Numbered from the stretch's first letter, positions 36,401-49,230 are shown. The stretch: DNA of 64,000 bases from Fimicolochytrium jonesii (GCF_025526975.1 NW_026515671.1:1488001-1552000), one strand, 5' to 3'. Numbers and translations are program-made. The notes: generated by a model from the letters alone, not told the origin.

Positions 36401-38168
36401 CACTTCCGTCAGACGGGTCAGCAGCCCTTCCTGCTCCTGCCGCGCCCGCTCACACTCCTGCTCAACCTCCTCAGCATGCACAGCAATCTCCTCATTCTCT
36501 CTCAACAGCTCCTTCAATCGTTCGTCGCTGGAAGCCTGCATCTCCATAATAGAGTGCTGTGACTCCTCAAGCAGTTTTTCGAGCTGACCCACGCGTTGGC
36601 TCAATGCGTCGCGATCGCTCAGGGCGCTTTCGAGGGACCGTTGAGCTTTGAGACCGCGGCTGGTGCGGTGACGGAGCTCGTCCATGACGGCGAGGAACCA
36701 GGGGTCATCGGCGCTGTCTTCCTCAAGGACCGTGTAGCCGGCATCCCCTTCCGCGTATTCGTCCTCGTTGTCTACGTCGGGATCTTTGTCGGGTTCGATT
36801 GGATCTGGGAAGATCTCGTCTTCATCTATAATCTCTGGAAGAGGCTCTTTGTTTCGTATGATGTTGACAACTGGCTTGTTTTGGATTTTGCGGGCGCGGT
36901 GGGCGTACTTTAACGTGTTGAGAGTTTCGTCCGAGTCTTCGCGAGCGGGACTCACGCAAGCTATCAATAGGGTCTATGCAACCAATGAGTGACTGAGCTG
37001 GGATCAGACCGGTGGAGCGCATACTCACCTTAGCATTGCCTCCAAGCGAATCCTCAAGTAATCGCGTAAGCTTGGACATGCGATATGGCACAAAGGTCCC
37101 CTTCTTGAACCCAAACTCGGAGCCGAGAATGCTGATGACATTGCCCAGCGCTAACAGGCCCGTGTTAATCTTCACCGACTCCTGAAACCGTACACCTTCA
37201 GCCCCGGTCCTCTTCAGACGTTCGGAGCCTGCAACGGAGTGCCATCATCAGTGTCGAGCAGGAATACAGGAATACGGGGTCATCGGCACATTGCTTCTCA
37301 CCGGCTAAATCGACAAGCGACAATTTGGAGATCTTCACAGTCTCCCCTTTCCGCTGCTCAAGGATGATGGTGAACACCGCGTGTGACCGGCTGGACTTTG
37401 AGTTCATCTGAGTGTCGCCGGTGGTACGAGCTATGCTTCCTTGCTCCAAGTAACTGCGGACAAGCATGTTTGAGCAACGATTGAACAATAACCGGATCCG
37501 ACGCGTACTGCATCCTACCTACCTCAACGCCTCATTCATATCCCCAACCTCCACCTGCAGCAGCCCACAAACACTCATCGCCCCATCCACACCCTTCCTA
37601 ATCGCCAAATGATCCTTCGAATCCACGTTCTGTCCCGGCATCAGCAGATCCCTCACTTGCTCTTGGTAGATCTCCAGAAACGAGACATAGGTCCGATACG
37701 TCACATCATCCGCCGACGCGCGGTTCTCCTCTATCTTATCGAAGATATGTCGCACGGCACGCGGGATCACGCCCGCCGTGTCTTCCGCCGACGTCGAGCT
37801 CCACTCGGATCCGAGCATGGTGTATGTTTTGCCTGAACGCGTTTGGCCGTATGCTAGGATGGTGCCGTTCAATCCTGAGAGCACCCCGTCGACGATATTG
37901 ATGGCTGCGTTCCATATCTCGGCCTGTTTGTGTTCGGGGCCGTAGGCGGCGTCGTAGGTGAACCTTCTGGTTTCGGAGAGTGTTACGCTGTGGGAAGTTT
38001 CGTCGACTGTGACTATCGGAGGACGCAGTGACGGGTTGGGTCTGACCTAGAGAGTGCGGAACACTTAGGCTTATATCTCTGCTGCGTTGATACTTCCTTT
38101 CTTCCTCTATCATTCAAGAGTCCAAAGACATCACATACCCTCACGAGAACAGAAACCGGCAGAGTCAT
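33421..38168 (-). CDS. Kinesin motor protein, kinesin-4-like (KIF4/21/27 type), multi-exon
   Basis: [66 protein letters not shown] and ETLNTLKYA, then a long coiled coil. The 3' exon structure is less certain. Confidence 0.9.
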
Positions 38169-38650
38169 TGTCTCCGTCGGTCTTTGCTATTTTCAACTCA
38201 AGGCGTGCCTTCCTTACGCAACCTGACCTATGAACCTCTTACCACCTTGACCAGCAGCGATGATGAATAGACTGTCTTTGGTGGGTCTGAGAAAGCCTTG
38301 TCCAACCGGCCATTCCTGTGGGAACTCCATGGACTGGTCAACCCCGCATGAGCGACGCGTTTTGTCCGAAAATGCTGCTCGTGGCTTGCGCGTCCACATC
38401 GAGCACGTCCACGACGTCCAGCACTGGCCATCAATCGTATTTGCGGCAAGAAGAATGTCCTGCTTCCACATTGGAAGTCTATCAAGCTATTCTTACAATG
38501 CAAAAGTGTCTACATGGGACCTGCCTATGTGTATGTACATCTACAATATACGTATAGGATGCTCTACGGAAATGTCCGAAAACTACGCCGACAGTTCATC
38601 CAGTGACTATTGTCCGCCATCCATAATAGAACCCCTTCTTCAGAGCCACC

Positions 38651-39604
38651 TCACTGGCGCTTCTGCGGCCGAGGTCGCTCGTAGTCGCCGTACGAATCGA
38701 TAGTGACTACGCTCTCTGGCATTGGGGGCCTCTTATCCTCCAAGTTGCTCGTGCATTCAGGGCACCGGATCGCTTTGATAGGGATGTCTTTGTAGCAGAA
38801 AGTGCACTCCTTGGTCTTCTTCTCGGGCTTCTTGCGGCGGAAAGCGGCGGCGTACACTTTCACCATGAAGAAGATAATGATACTGATGATCAGGAAGTTG
38901 ATGGTGACTTCTAGGAAATTTCCCCCTGTAAAAGATTGATATGGTTAGGGTATTCATATGACAGGGATTGAATCCGCGACATTGCAAGTTGAGCTTACAG
39001 TTCCAAGTGGTCGCCCCAGCTTTCTGAGCCTCAGCCACTGTTGCCCACATTGCTTTAGTGCAGTTAGCGATCGGAACAGGCACAGTAGGACACCTCAGGA
39101 TGAGATAATTGTTTTTCAAGTTTTGTCGTGTCGCTAGCCCGATCACTGAAATGTGCAGTAAGCGATGAGAAGTGCTTCAACGAGGACGCAGAACGTCGAA
39201 GGGTAGAGAAACTCGGGTACCAACCTGGTGTTATGAGGTCCGTAACTACGGAGGTAACCACGGCGGTGAATGCCGCACCCATAACAAGACCGACAGCGAG
39301 ATCAATCACATTTCCACGACTCAGGAACTAAGATAAATGTGGCGCACTTCGTTAGCATTGCATCTCTTCAAAAAAAAACAGGTACCTGGTTAGCTTGACT
39401 CACCTCCTTGAAGTCGTCCATTACACTCCCGACTACTTTGACACCTCCCACAAGACCTTTACGGCCGACATTAATCCCTTGTTCGAACCCGTTAGCAAAT
39501 TGCTGGTTCATTGCTGGACGCTTGGACGCAGCTGAGGGCGTTGCCGAGCCCGAGCCGCCGACGGTGGTCATTGGATAGGACGACTCGCTTGACTGTCGTG
39601 CCAT
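38651..39604 (-). CDS. mscL: Large-conductance mechanosensitive channel MscL with C-terminal CxxC/CxxC
   Basis: [51 protein letters not shown] and KECTFC...RCPECTS. Three introns. Confidence 0.92.
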
Positions 39605-39930
39605 TTTCGGTGTTGTGAGCTGGGAAGGAGGAGGGGTCGTCGACATGAGCGGCGGTTGCAAGGCACAGGGGGTACTTATAACGATGTGGAATATTCTTGC
39701 CCTTGGCGGAGATGCCTCCCCGACGCAGTTTGGCAACTCGAGACCAGAAGCCACTGTCTGCCACAAGTTCTGAAACAGCTGAGCCGCTGTGGGGGACGCG
39801 TTTTGGCGGATGGGGATCCGGGGCCTCGGGAGCGCATGGAACCGGCGGTACTGGATTTGATGCCCGCCCATCTCCGTCCAAACTTTCAGCACTCTCGATT
39901 CAACGGTTTGTCCCGACGGTCAACGTAGCA

Positions 39931-40432
39931 ATGCCATCAAGTCCCAAATACATCGACGCCGACAGCCTAGCCGCCCTCCTACGGGACCCTACGCTGCAGA
40001 TCGGTAAAGACTTTGTCGTCGTAGATGTCCGAGGGGACGATTTCGCAAACGGAAACATAAGAGGAGCAGTCAACGTCCCATCACACGAATTCCTCGAAGA
40101 CCCGGCCGCATACGTTGAGAAGTTCAAGGACGTGCCGAAGGTTGTGTTTCACTGTGCGCTATCACAAGGTATTCTTTTGTCCGAGTCTTTGTGGTCATTT
40201 TCGCAGAAAATGTGTTCTCAACCGCGTATCTTCGACAGTCCGAGGACCAAAGTGCGCACAACGGTATGCGCAAGCGCTTGAAGACGGCGTAGCGAAAGCA
40301 GCAATCGACGGCTCTCTACCGTCCGAGGTGCTGATTCTTCGTGGCGGATTTGAGAATTGGCAGAGTGGACCTACGAGAAGGGACCTGATAGAAAGCTATA
40401 ACGAGGAGTTTTGGAAGAATCCGTATTTCTGA
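39931..40432 (+). CDS. Cdc25-like rhodanese phosphatase / arsenate reductase (Ych1/Ibp1/Acr2 family)
   Basis: VVDVRGDDF.NGNIRGA, FHCALSQ|VRGPKCA and LILRGGFENW. One intron. Confidence 0.9.
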
Positions 40433-40549
40433 GCGACGGCGTTCGAACACTCGTAGATAGCTGTAGATATCCTTGTTTGTATTCATAGTTCCGCCGAATG
40501 TATATGCTCCTCTCGAGCCTCAAACCCATGTACAAATGACCAATCGCTT

Positions 40550-41485
40550 TTAAACTTCAAAAACCCGTCTAACATCGTCAGCTACTGTCCGATACGCCTC
40601 CCACTTCTTCGCAGCCCGATCCTTCCCAATGAGCCGTTCAGGCAAAAGATTCCATCCATGGAAACATTTCTCCAGGTACAACCCTTTGATCTGCTTATCC
40701 GCACCCCGTCCATTCTTCGCAACCTCCTCCTCCAACCGCCGCACAAACTCCCGCATATCCGGCATATTCGGGTCGATCTCCGGTATCACCACAGTGACCG
40801 ACCCCGGAAGCTCATCCACCGCAGCATACATCGGCGACAACACCGGATCCCTCAGGAGCTCCTCGTCATGCGGCAGACCACTCAAATACGCCTCATGGAA
40901 CAGATCCCGAATCCACGGGTTCCGCTCCTTCAATGTGTTCTTCGACTCCTGATGGAAGTTCATCACCGGGTAGAAAGCCGCGGCGTAGGAGACGGGGGTA
41001 CCCGCTCTAGCCATCCACTGGGAAACACCCAACGCAAAGGTTGCGCCGGCGCTGAACCCGCCCACCGCAACCTTCTGCGCTGTCTGTGGCAAGTACGTCT
41101 TCCGCGCCCAGACGACCACATCCCGCGCATCCTGCACCCCACACGGGTACGGAAACTCCGGCGCAAGTCTGTACCCCCCCGAAACGACAATACACCCGAC
41201 TTCCCGCGCAATAAACGCGCAAAACTCGCCGTCTGCATCAGGTGAGCCGGCCGCGAAACCCCCGCCGTGGAAATTGACGTACAGGCCCGTGGGGGGTTGG
41301 TTGGCGGGCGGGTGGTAGACGAGGCAGGGGGTGGTGTGGGTGGGGGATGGGAAGACGCGTTGGGCCGGGATGCGGGACGTGAAGGCGAGGCGGATGAGGG
41401 TGGCGAGGAGGCGGAGGAGTTTGATACGGAGGCGGAGGTAGAGGGAGGCGGTGGGGGGTTTTGGGAAGGTTGAGAGGCTGGGCAT
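40550..41485 (-). CDS. Alpha/beta hydrolase, GDXG/HSL family
   Basis: FHGGGF, YRLAPEFPYP, GFSAG nucleophile elbow and C-terminal HGW. Confidence 0.9.
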   Translation of the reverse strand: MPSLSTFPKPPTASLYLRLRIKLLRLLATLIRLAFTSRIPAQRVFPSPTHTTPCLVYHPPANQPPTGLYVNFHGGGFAAGSPDADGEFCAFIAREVGCIVVSGGYRLAPEFPYPCGVQDARDVVVWARKTYLPQTAQKVAVGGFSAGATFALGVSQWMARAGTPVSYAAAFYPVMNFHQESKNTLKERNPWIRDLFHEAYLSGLPHDEELLRDPVLSPMYAAVDELPGSVTVVIPEIDPNMPDMREFVRRLEEEVAKNGRGADKQIKGLYLEKCFHGWNLLPERLIGKDRAAKKWEAYRTVADDVRRVFEV

Positions 41486-41927
41486 GTTGGTGTTGATGAT
41501 ACTATGATATGTTTGAAAAGTATTGGGAAAGCGAACGTTGGCGTGTGAGTGGACCCGATGCGAAGGCCGTTTTTATATGCAGTATATTAGTATCAAGGTT
41601 GGGAGTATGGATGTAGAAGCGTCCTCGTCCGCTCGCTCACGTCCACGTCATAACTTCCACGGCCCAATCGCAAGCTGACGCGTTGCCTACATCGTTCCCG
41701 CCTGCTCAATGCTCATCGGGTGCTTCCATCAGTCCATGCCAGAAGCCTCCGAGACGGGAGAGTTATGGATGGGTAGATGCATTTGACCATCGTTTCACGG
41801 CCTTCGGGAGTCTCCCGGTCTTTTGGTCGACTTGCTAGATCTACAGATATCTGTGCCATTGGGGAGGATGTGGTGCTAAATAGGGTATATATACAAAGTT
41901 AAAGGCAGTCTACACATATGTTCTTCC

Positions 41928-43574
41928 CTACAGCAGCCCATCATCGTCATCTTCGCCAAGGTCAATGTCATCATACCCCGGCATATCCAAATCCGACTCC
42001 ATGCTCAACGGCGAACCCATCGCCGTCACAGGATGAAACCCATAAAGCAGTCCTCTGGTCGCATCCGCAACATTATCCGCCGCATCACCCGTCTCTCCCC
42101 TCTCCCTCTCGGCCTCCGCAAACAATCCCCCACCCTTCCGCGCCTCCTTCCGATGCTTCTTGCGCATCCCGCTTATCCGCAGGTAATTGTAGAACGCTAT
42201 CCCCGATATGCTAATGATCAACCCAACGATCTTGTTGGGCGGGAACTCGTCCCCGTAGACGTGTTTGGCGCCGACTAGCGTCAGGATCTCTTTGAAGATT
42301 CCGGCGACGGAGAAGGTGACGATGGAGGTGGTTGAGATGAGGAAAAACTCGCTGACGACCATGAAAAAGGCGATGACGCCGCCGCCGCAGAGGATGCCAA
42401 GGATGCCCATCGTTGAGCCGAAGGTTGCGAAATCGGGAGAGGTTAATATCGTCGGGAGGCCCTCAATTGCCATGCAGGCTACGAGAAGCGAAAGACCCAT
42501 GATGGGCGCGAGGAAGAGGCTTGCTGCAAGCGGGTTGTTCATGCCCATAGATTCGCGTTCCAGTAGGATCTGCGTCAGCGCCCATCTTAGCCCCGACATG
42601 ACCGTGGCGGTTTGCACCTCTAGGTATCCCACCCATCTGAACTGTCCTTCATTGACGACCATTAGCAGCACACCGAGACAGATGACAGCGATGACGGCGG
42701 ATAGCGACCACGTCGGTCGTTCGAGTTTGAATAGGAATGCGAAGAGGAGCACGAATACGGGTGCTCCTGATTTCACCATCGTATAAAAGGATAATGTTAT
42801 CAGCTGGAGAATGGGAATGAGTGAGCTTCGTGGAGAAAAATCTTCGTGACATGCAACTCTTACTTTCAAACTACTATTTGACAGCCCTATGTCCATCCCA
42901 GTGGATACTCCGCAGGGCAAGACTTTCGTGAGGTAATCCTTCATGGCAGGATACCGCTTTGGCCGTAGTTTTGGCCACACAAATATTACGGCGATCGCAG
43001 ACAGACTGAACTCTGTGAAAGCAGATGGGCTTCAGTACGCTGAAGTAAAACTGCCAATTGCGTGTAATCTCAAGAATACACACACATACGCATAAGCATA
43101 TGTAACGTCGTCGTGAATAACGGAAACCGAAAATTCCGCTGATCCTCATGGAAGAGCCATGTGTTGTAAAATGAAATAGTCAAGGAAAAAGTGTACCATG
43201 ATAAGATGCTGTAGAGGGTGGCATTCAGTAGCAGGCCTCTCATAGGGCAATAACGGCTAAACGTCCAAGACTCACTAGAAGCCAGCCTTCAACGCCTGTC
43301 GCAACCACTGCTTTGCGAACGGCGAAAGGCCATCCCCGCCTAATAGGCTCTTGCATCGTTCTAAGTTTTTGAAGACCCAGGGAAGCGGAGAGAACCGCCC
43401 TATGGTATGCTCAGCCCTCCCTGCTTCGCTGGCTCTTGGTGACCCGAAGTCGCTCCCGATGGGGGATAGAAGATCATCGGCGGAGAGGTACTTCTCAAAG
43501 TTCTCGTCTGGTATGGACCCGTCGGAGAGCCGCCGTGGGTCGTCGACGCTGTGCGGGACATCGGCGGTGGTCAT
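41928..43574 (-). CDS. Triose-phosphate/nucleotide-sugar transporter family protein (SLC35C2/Ymd8-like), multi-exon
   Basis: GMDIGLSNSSLK, ITLSFYTMVKS, FAFLFKLE, SGLRWALTQILL and SVAGIFKE. Confidence 0.88.
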
Positions 43575-44045
43575 GAGAAGGGGACCGGGGTACTGTATGG
43601 GTAGGTAGCGAGGTGGATGCGAGCTCCCACCCTTGACGTCGAAACTGGGGCCCCAGCAGCAGGTCCAGACCGTGGGAACTTCCAAGTTCAGCGGCGTGCA
43701 CCAGGAGACCAGGCTTTCTCGGAATCTGGGGTGATGGGTGATGAGTCAACCATCGTCCCCCCGCGTCTGCATTTCCCCCCCAATGGCCCCTCCGCGTCTT
43801 GGGGGTTTTTGGCTGGAGGAAGTGGAAGCAGGAAGGACAGGACCCTGGGAAGTGGGGAAAGGAACCCCCGCAGGCTCCCACTAATAATATTAAGGACGCT
43901 CGTCTTCTGAGCATAAAACTCGCTTGCACATCCCAACGCTGTAACCTGCGAAGGACAACCTACTAGCCGGCCTAGTGAAGCGCTCCGGTGACCGCAGACA
44001 AGCAGAGAACGTATCCGAAAAGCCCTTCAAGCGAAGCCGCCCAGG

Positions 44046-45525
44046 ATGGCCGCCAACATGCCGGTGGACGACGATATCACGGTCAGCGGCTTGTATGTCT
44101 ACCCTGTGAAGAGTTGCAGAGGCATTCGAGTAAAGTCCGCCGCGGTCAGCGAACGTGAGTTCTTTTTGTTCAGGAGTGAGCTCCGGGCATCCCATTCGTA
44201 AGCTGCTAACTCTGAGCTATTTTCCAATCCGGGGCGTATTAAGTTGGTAAGTCTCCTCGCCACTGCCCTTTCAGCTCTGCGAGAAAACGCGCCTCAAATG
44301 CTCCGCAGGCCTCGAATTGGACCGCTTCTGGATCATATCCAGTCCGGATCGTCAGCAGGTTACGCAACGTGGGATTTCGAAGATGTCTATGATCCTGCCA
44401 CGCTTGGAGATTGGCGAGGGGGAAGACTGCGTGGTGGCCGAGGCGCTCACCAGCCCACCGGGCAAGGATGGGAATGACATACCTCCTTCCGCACTGCCAT
44501 CCATTCCATCGGACGCTTACGGACGTGGTGGTCGACTGATTCTCAACGCACCCAACATGCCTCCTCTGGTGATCCCGTTCCGGCCGCGAGCAGAACTGAC
44601 TAAAAATAGTGGAGAAAGCAGAATCACAGTGTGGACATGGGATGTTGCGGGAGTGGACGAAGGAGAAGAGGCCGCCGCATGGCTGCAAGACTTTCTTGGA
44701 GTCCCGGCGAGGCTCTGGGTGAAAGCAAATACCGTTCGTGACCTCCCAGTCAATCACACTCCAGCCAGAGCATTATTTAGTCATGAGCCCCAGGTAAGCG
44801 CGGAGATCCCCTCAGTTACTGATATTCACTGCTGGTGGGGCACCTAATGATCTTATGATGCATCGTTTCAGACTGCGTTCGCGGACGTGTTTCCGTTCTT
44901 GATGTTGTCGGAGGCCTCCGTCGCGGATATCGAATCGCGAATCAAGCAGCGAAACGCCGAAATATACAAGGACAACCCGATCACACATGTGTCAGTGATC
45001 AACTTCCGCCCAAATATCGTTATTTCGTCACCTCAAATGAAACCCTGGGCCGAAGACGACTTCCTACAAATCTCCATCAATCACACCCACGACATGTACA
45101 TCGCCTCTAGATGCACCCGCTGCGTCATGCCAACCAACAATCCATTCACGGGCATTTTTCACAAAAATGAACCCACAGCGACACTGATGACCTTTCGACG
45201 CGTCGACGCCGGAGCAAAATACAAGGCTTGCGTCGGCATGAACGTCGTGGCTGCCACGCATGGCTGGACACTCAGCGTCGGGGATACCTTGCAAGTCCGC
45301 AGTCAGCAGGCGGGCATTCACCACCAGGATGGAATTTGGAATGGGAAGGATGTGCCGGATCCTGTGATAAAGAGAGACGCGAATGGAGATGAGGCGCCAC
45401 CGCCGCCGAGCCCGTCGCCGAAGCAGCCGACCGCTTTCACGGTTATCTGGGTGGCTTCGGCGGTTATGGCTATCATTCTTCCGCCGTTGTTTGCGCAGTG
45501 GGTTGAACATTACGATGTTATTTGA
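44046..45525 (+). CDS. MOSC-domain protein (mARC-like) with C-terminal TM, multi-exon
   Basis: LYVYPVKSCRG, GLELDRFW, FADVFPFL, NFRPNIVI, WAEDD and RCTRC. Includes a probable 3-nt exon at 44244-44246. Confidence 0.9.
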
Positions 45526-45966
45526 TGGCATGTGCCACCGGACATGTGCGAGTTTCGCCCACATGCATTACCGCTGTCATCCCTGATATGGGTCGGCGGG
45601 CGACGACAATGGGTACCGGGTTCAGTATTCATTGCCTGAGCGTCACCCCCACGTCGCTCTCAACGGACCATAAGTGGTCGCCGATATGCCGGTCAGCGCA
45701 AATCCGCAAATCCGCCCGGGATCAGAAGTTGCTAGTCCAACGGACCCTCTGTCGATTACAACTAGTGATTCTCATTGATACTCCATCGAGCTTTCCTCGA
45801 ACATTTCATTGGAAAGCTATTCACCAAACTTGCAGCAAAGAAACTCATGTATATACAACAAAAATAGGAATGATATCAATGCTTGCTCATGAACCCCCTA
45901 AGCGCCTGGATGTATGTGCGCCGACAACTTTGCGTCGTTCGGTTTTCTTTCGCGAATGGACTGGAT

Positions 45967-46463
45967 TCACTGGTTGCCGCCGTTGCATCTGTAGCGGGAG
46001 ACAGAAATTCAGTATCGTAAAAGGCCTGCCGCTCCGAGATGGAAAGGAACACCTACCGGACCGCCACATCGATGGTGGACCCCTCTCTGACGAAAGGGTA
46101 GTGGCTGATAGTCCACGAATCCTCGAGTTCCTTGCTGACGCAAAGGAGACGCAAGTTGTAGGACTGGATGGCTGGGAATCGTTTGATGACGGCTTGTTTC
46201 AGCTCGGCGATGCTGCGGGAGGGGGCAGAAACGTCCAGCTGGTCACCAAACTTGTAAAAACTTGTATTCCAAAGTGTCTCGTACGGGGGCATGAGGAGGC
46301 AGGTATGTAATTCTCACCTCATATTCGGCTTCACGATCATCGAAACAGAACCACCGCCATTGTGCCTCACGAAAACGGTGAAGGATTCTTTGCTGCCCGT
46401 TGACCCATTAGTCGACCCGTTGGTCGAGTGACCGTTTCCGCTGCCGTTAACGTAGCGAAGCAT
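45967..46463 (-). CDS. Divergent ubiquitin-like protein (107 aa) ending in GG-NQ
   Basis: Exons 46463-46318, 46212-46057 and 45988-45967. Aligns by eye over the full length of ubiquitin. TATA-like sequence at about 46618-46624. Confidence 0.8.
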
Positions 46464-48289
46464 TTTTATGCGGGTGTAGGAGAGTAAGAGGTTTGATTTG
46501 AAAGTGCAGTGTTTGGAGCTTTGTTTGATTCTTTCGTGTTCTGCTGGATGTTGAGGGGAGGTTCACGGCGGCGGGATGAAGAGAAGGGAGAGAGGAGGGC
46601 TCGCCCAGGTTGCTCTCTTTATATGCTCGCTCCCAAGCCTCTTCCTGCTCTCCGGCCGGCCAGCGACATTGGAGAGCACACCATTTCCGCTCCGTTCTGT
46701 CTTAAAGCCTACGCTAGTGGAGAGCATACCCTCCTCCTCCGTCTGTCTCAGAGTTCAAATATCTTTCTGTGATGCAGCGTGACGAGGCGGACGGTTGGGA
46801 AACCAGGCTTGGAATGACGGAGTTTTAACAGGTTGAATGACAGGTACGAGGTTTCAGAGGCGTGTGAAGAGGGTCGGTCGAGGTACCGGGTGATCGGGGT
46901 GAGGTTTGGCAGTAGGGATTTGGCTTCCTAGTGAGCTGGCGGGTATTTGGGGCTGTTCAGAAGGATTCTGGAGGCAGGCTTGACATCATGTTACAATGTT
47001 GGCCGCTGAAACCTTCGTGCCTTTGACAGGCGATCGCAGAGAAGGATGGGAGAAGTTGCTTCACGTGCATGGACCCCGCAAACGGAGCAAATCGCGCAGA
47101 AGGGCACGTCGAGATGGCCAAGTTACCGCGCTCCAGGAATTGTTCGTCTCACACCTTTCCGTGGGCGGGTGACACGACGAGGAGGTCCACCTTTGCGGCG
47201 ACGCCATAGCAGCGCCAGCAGGGCGACATGGCATGTGCACCTCGCGTCGAAGTCGTCGACGATCGAACGTCGGCAGAGAGTGCGTCTCCCGTCGGCGGAT
47301 CCGTCTGTCATGATCGTCTGCGTATCATAGGCTGCAGAAGTGATGATGGGTAGTAAGCTGTGTATGGCTGCTACTGTGTATTGCACCTCGGGCCTCGGGC
47401 TTCAAGATGAATGCATGCAGGGAGGGAGGGTATTACGCAGAAGCTCGCGGAAGCTATGTAAGTTGGGAACTACGGTCAACCGAAAGGTGCCCAAATATGG
47501 AGGGAAGCGCCTTCTAAGCTAGGTGATGTGCCAGAAGCTCGCCTTGCACCCCCATTTCAGACCAGCAAGCTCCTCATTGTTCTTAACGCATTCCTCGCAC
47601 ATCGGTCCCATGCCGGAGAGATGGTACAGTGCTCCCTCCGCATCCAACTCGGACTACAACCTTCGCAGCCCGTCGACCACTTCGCCATTTGTCGTTCCTT
47701 TCTCTCCGACTCACTTTACAGCGTCTTCTACGACCTTTTGCTTGACGTTTAGCAGGTGGACCTTGGCGCAAGGCTGTCACTGAAGCTCCTCCCGCTTCTT
47801 TGACAATGACCATGTCTTTGACGTCCCCGTCCCCGATGCTCTCGGTTTGAACACGTATGGCCGCTGCACGTTCGTGGACCCACCACCGTTCGACAGCTGC
47901 GAGGTTGCTGATGGTAGACCGCCGGTTGTCCGAGCAAAGACTAGCGTACAAAGATGTCGAAAGGCGAGAAAGGCTGGCGGATAGATGGGCGCACAGATGA
48001 TCGTCTCTTCGGCCACGGGAGCACTTCCCCAGATGGGTGGTTCACTCTTCTGTGCTAATGATGTTTTTGGAGCTGCCAGCGCCGAGAGCGTATTTTGTTG
48101 CCAAGTGCCCTTGTTTGAGTAATTCTGCCAGGTCCAGTGGATGATGATTTCGTGGCGATGGGTTGTCCGCAAGGATTTCGACAGCGCGAATGAGGCTTAC
48201 GTACTTGCAGTTTCGTTGGGTCACATAGATTCTCCATTCGCAATCCTTCGGCATTCCCTTCACAGCAGGCCACAATCACCAACTCAAAA

Positions 48290-49230
48290 CACCACTTGAG
48301 GAAAGCGGGCAACTTCGTGTACACCAGCCGCCACCCGTCAAGGACGAGCCGGCCGGGTTTTTAAATTGCGCCATGCCCTTTTTACGGCGTTGAGCGTGGC
48401 GGGTCACGCGAAAAGGCGACGGAGAAGGCGTATCCCAAGCCAAAGAGGGACTCTGAAAGTTCCGATAGAAATTGCGGAGCGGGAAGAGCGTATGAAGAAG
48501 AGATTCGCGGACGAAAAATTCGAGTGGCCGAAGCAAGTGGAGGAGAAAAATGGAACTCGAGCGTTTGGAACGCGAAAAAAGGCTGAAGAAAACAGCGGAA
48601 GAAAAGGCTGAAAAAGAAGCATACAGCCTGAAACGGAAGAGAGAGGACGAGGATCTGGCGGCTGATGTGAAGCGGGCCCGAACTCTGCCCGCGCATTGAT
48701 GAGGAAGGCCATTGCGACTGGGAAGGCACGTGCTGCTCACTGCGGCGATATGCACCCAAGGATGTGAGAGCTGGGACTGTTATGGTCAATTTCAAGCCAA
48801 ACTGGAAATTGCCCTGTCCGCAAGAAAATTGCATGTGTGGGGCGTATTCGATTTTGGAGTGATAAGTGGCGTACTTCGAGCCCAGCCGCGGTTCAAGAAC
48901 GGCACCCTTCGATTCAAGTGGCGCGGCCGCGGGGCTGGCGAAGCCCAGATGACCGACAACTCCGGTTCCGTTCTATGTGCGAGCTCCCTCCTTCAGGGAT
49001 GACACCAAGCCACTGCGTCAAGAGACTGTCATGATGGGATGGAGGGTGACATCATGGGCCGAATCGAAATCTATGGCAGATACACGAAAACGCTGCGACC
49101 TTCTCCCGATGGGCACGCGAGAATTGGAAAAGCCAGTGGAGGAGTATGCATGATCGGGCGTACGAAATGGAGCGTGTTCAGGGGTGGGGCAAATGGGTGG
49201 CGATGTTCAAGAGACCATGAATGATGGGAT
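48290..49230 (+). pseudogene. Frameshifted remnant of a fungal hypothetical-protein gene
   Basis: Coding-like blocks in shifting frames: KE-rich coiled coil, VWGVFDFGVISGVLR..FKWRGRGAGEAQM and WRSMHDRAYEMERVQGWGKW. No continuous ORF. Confidence 0.45.
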
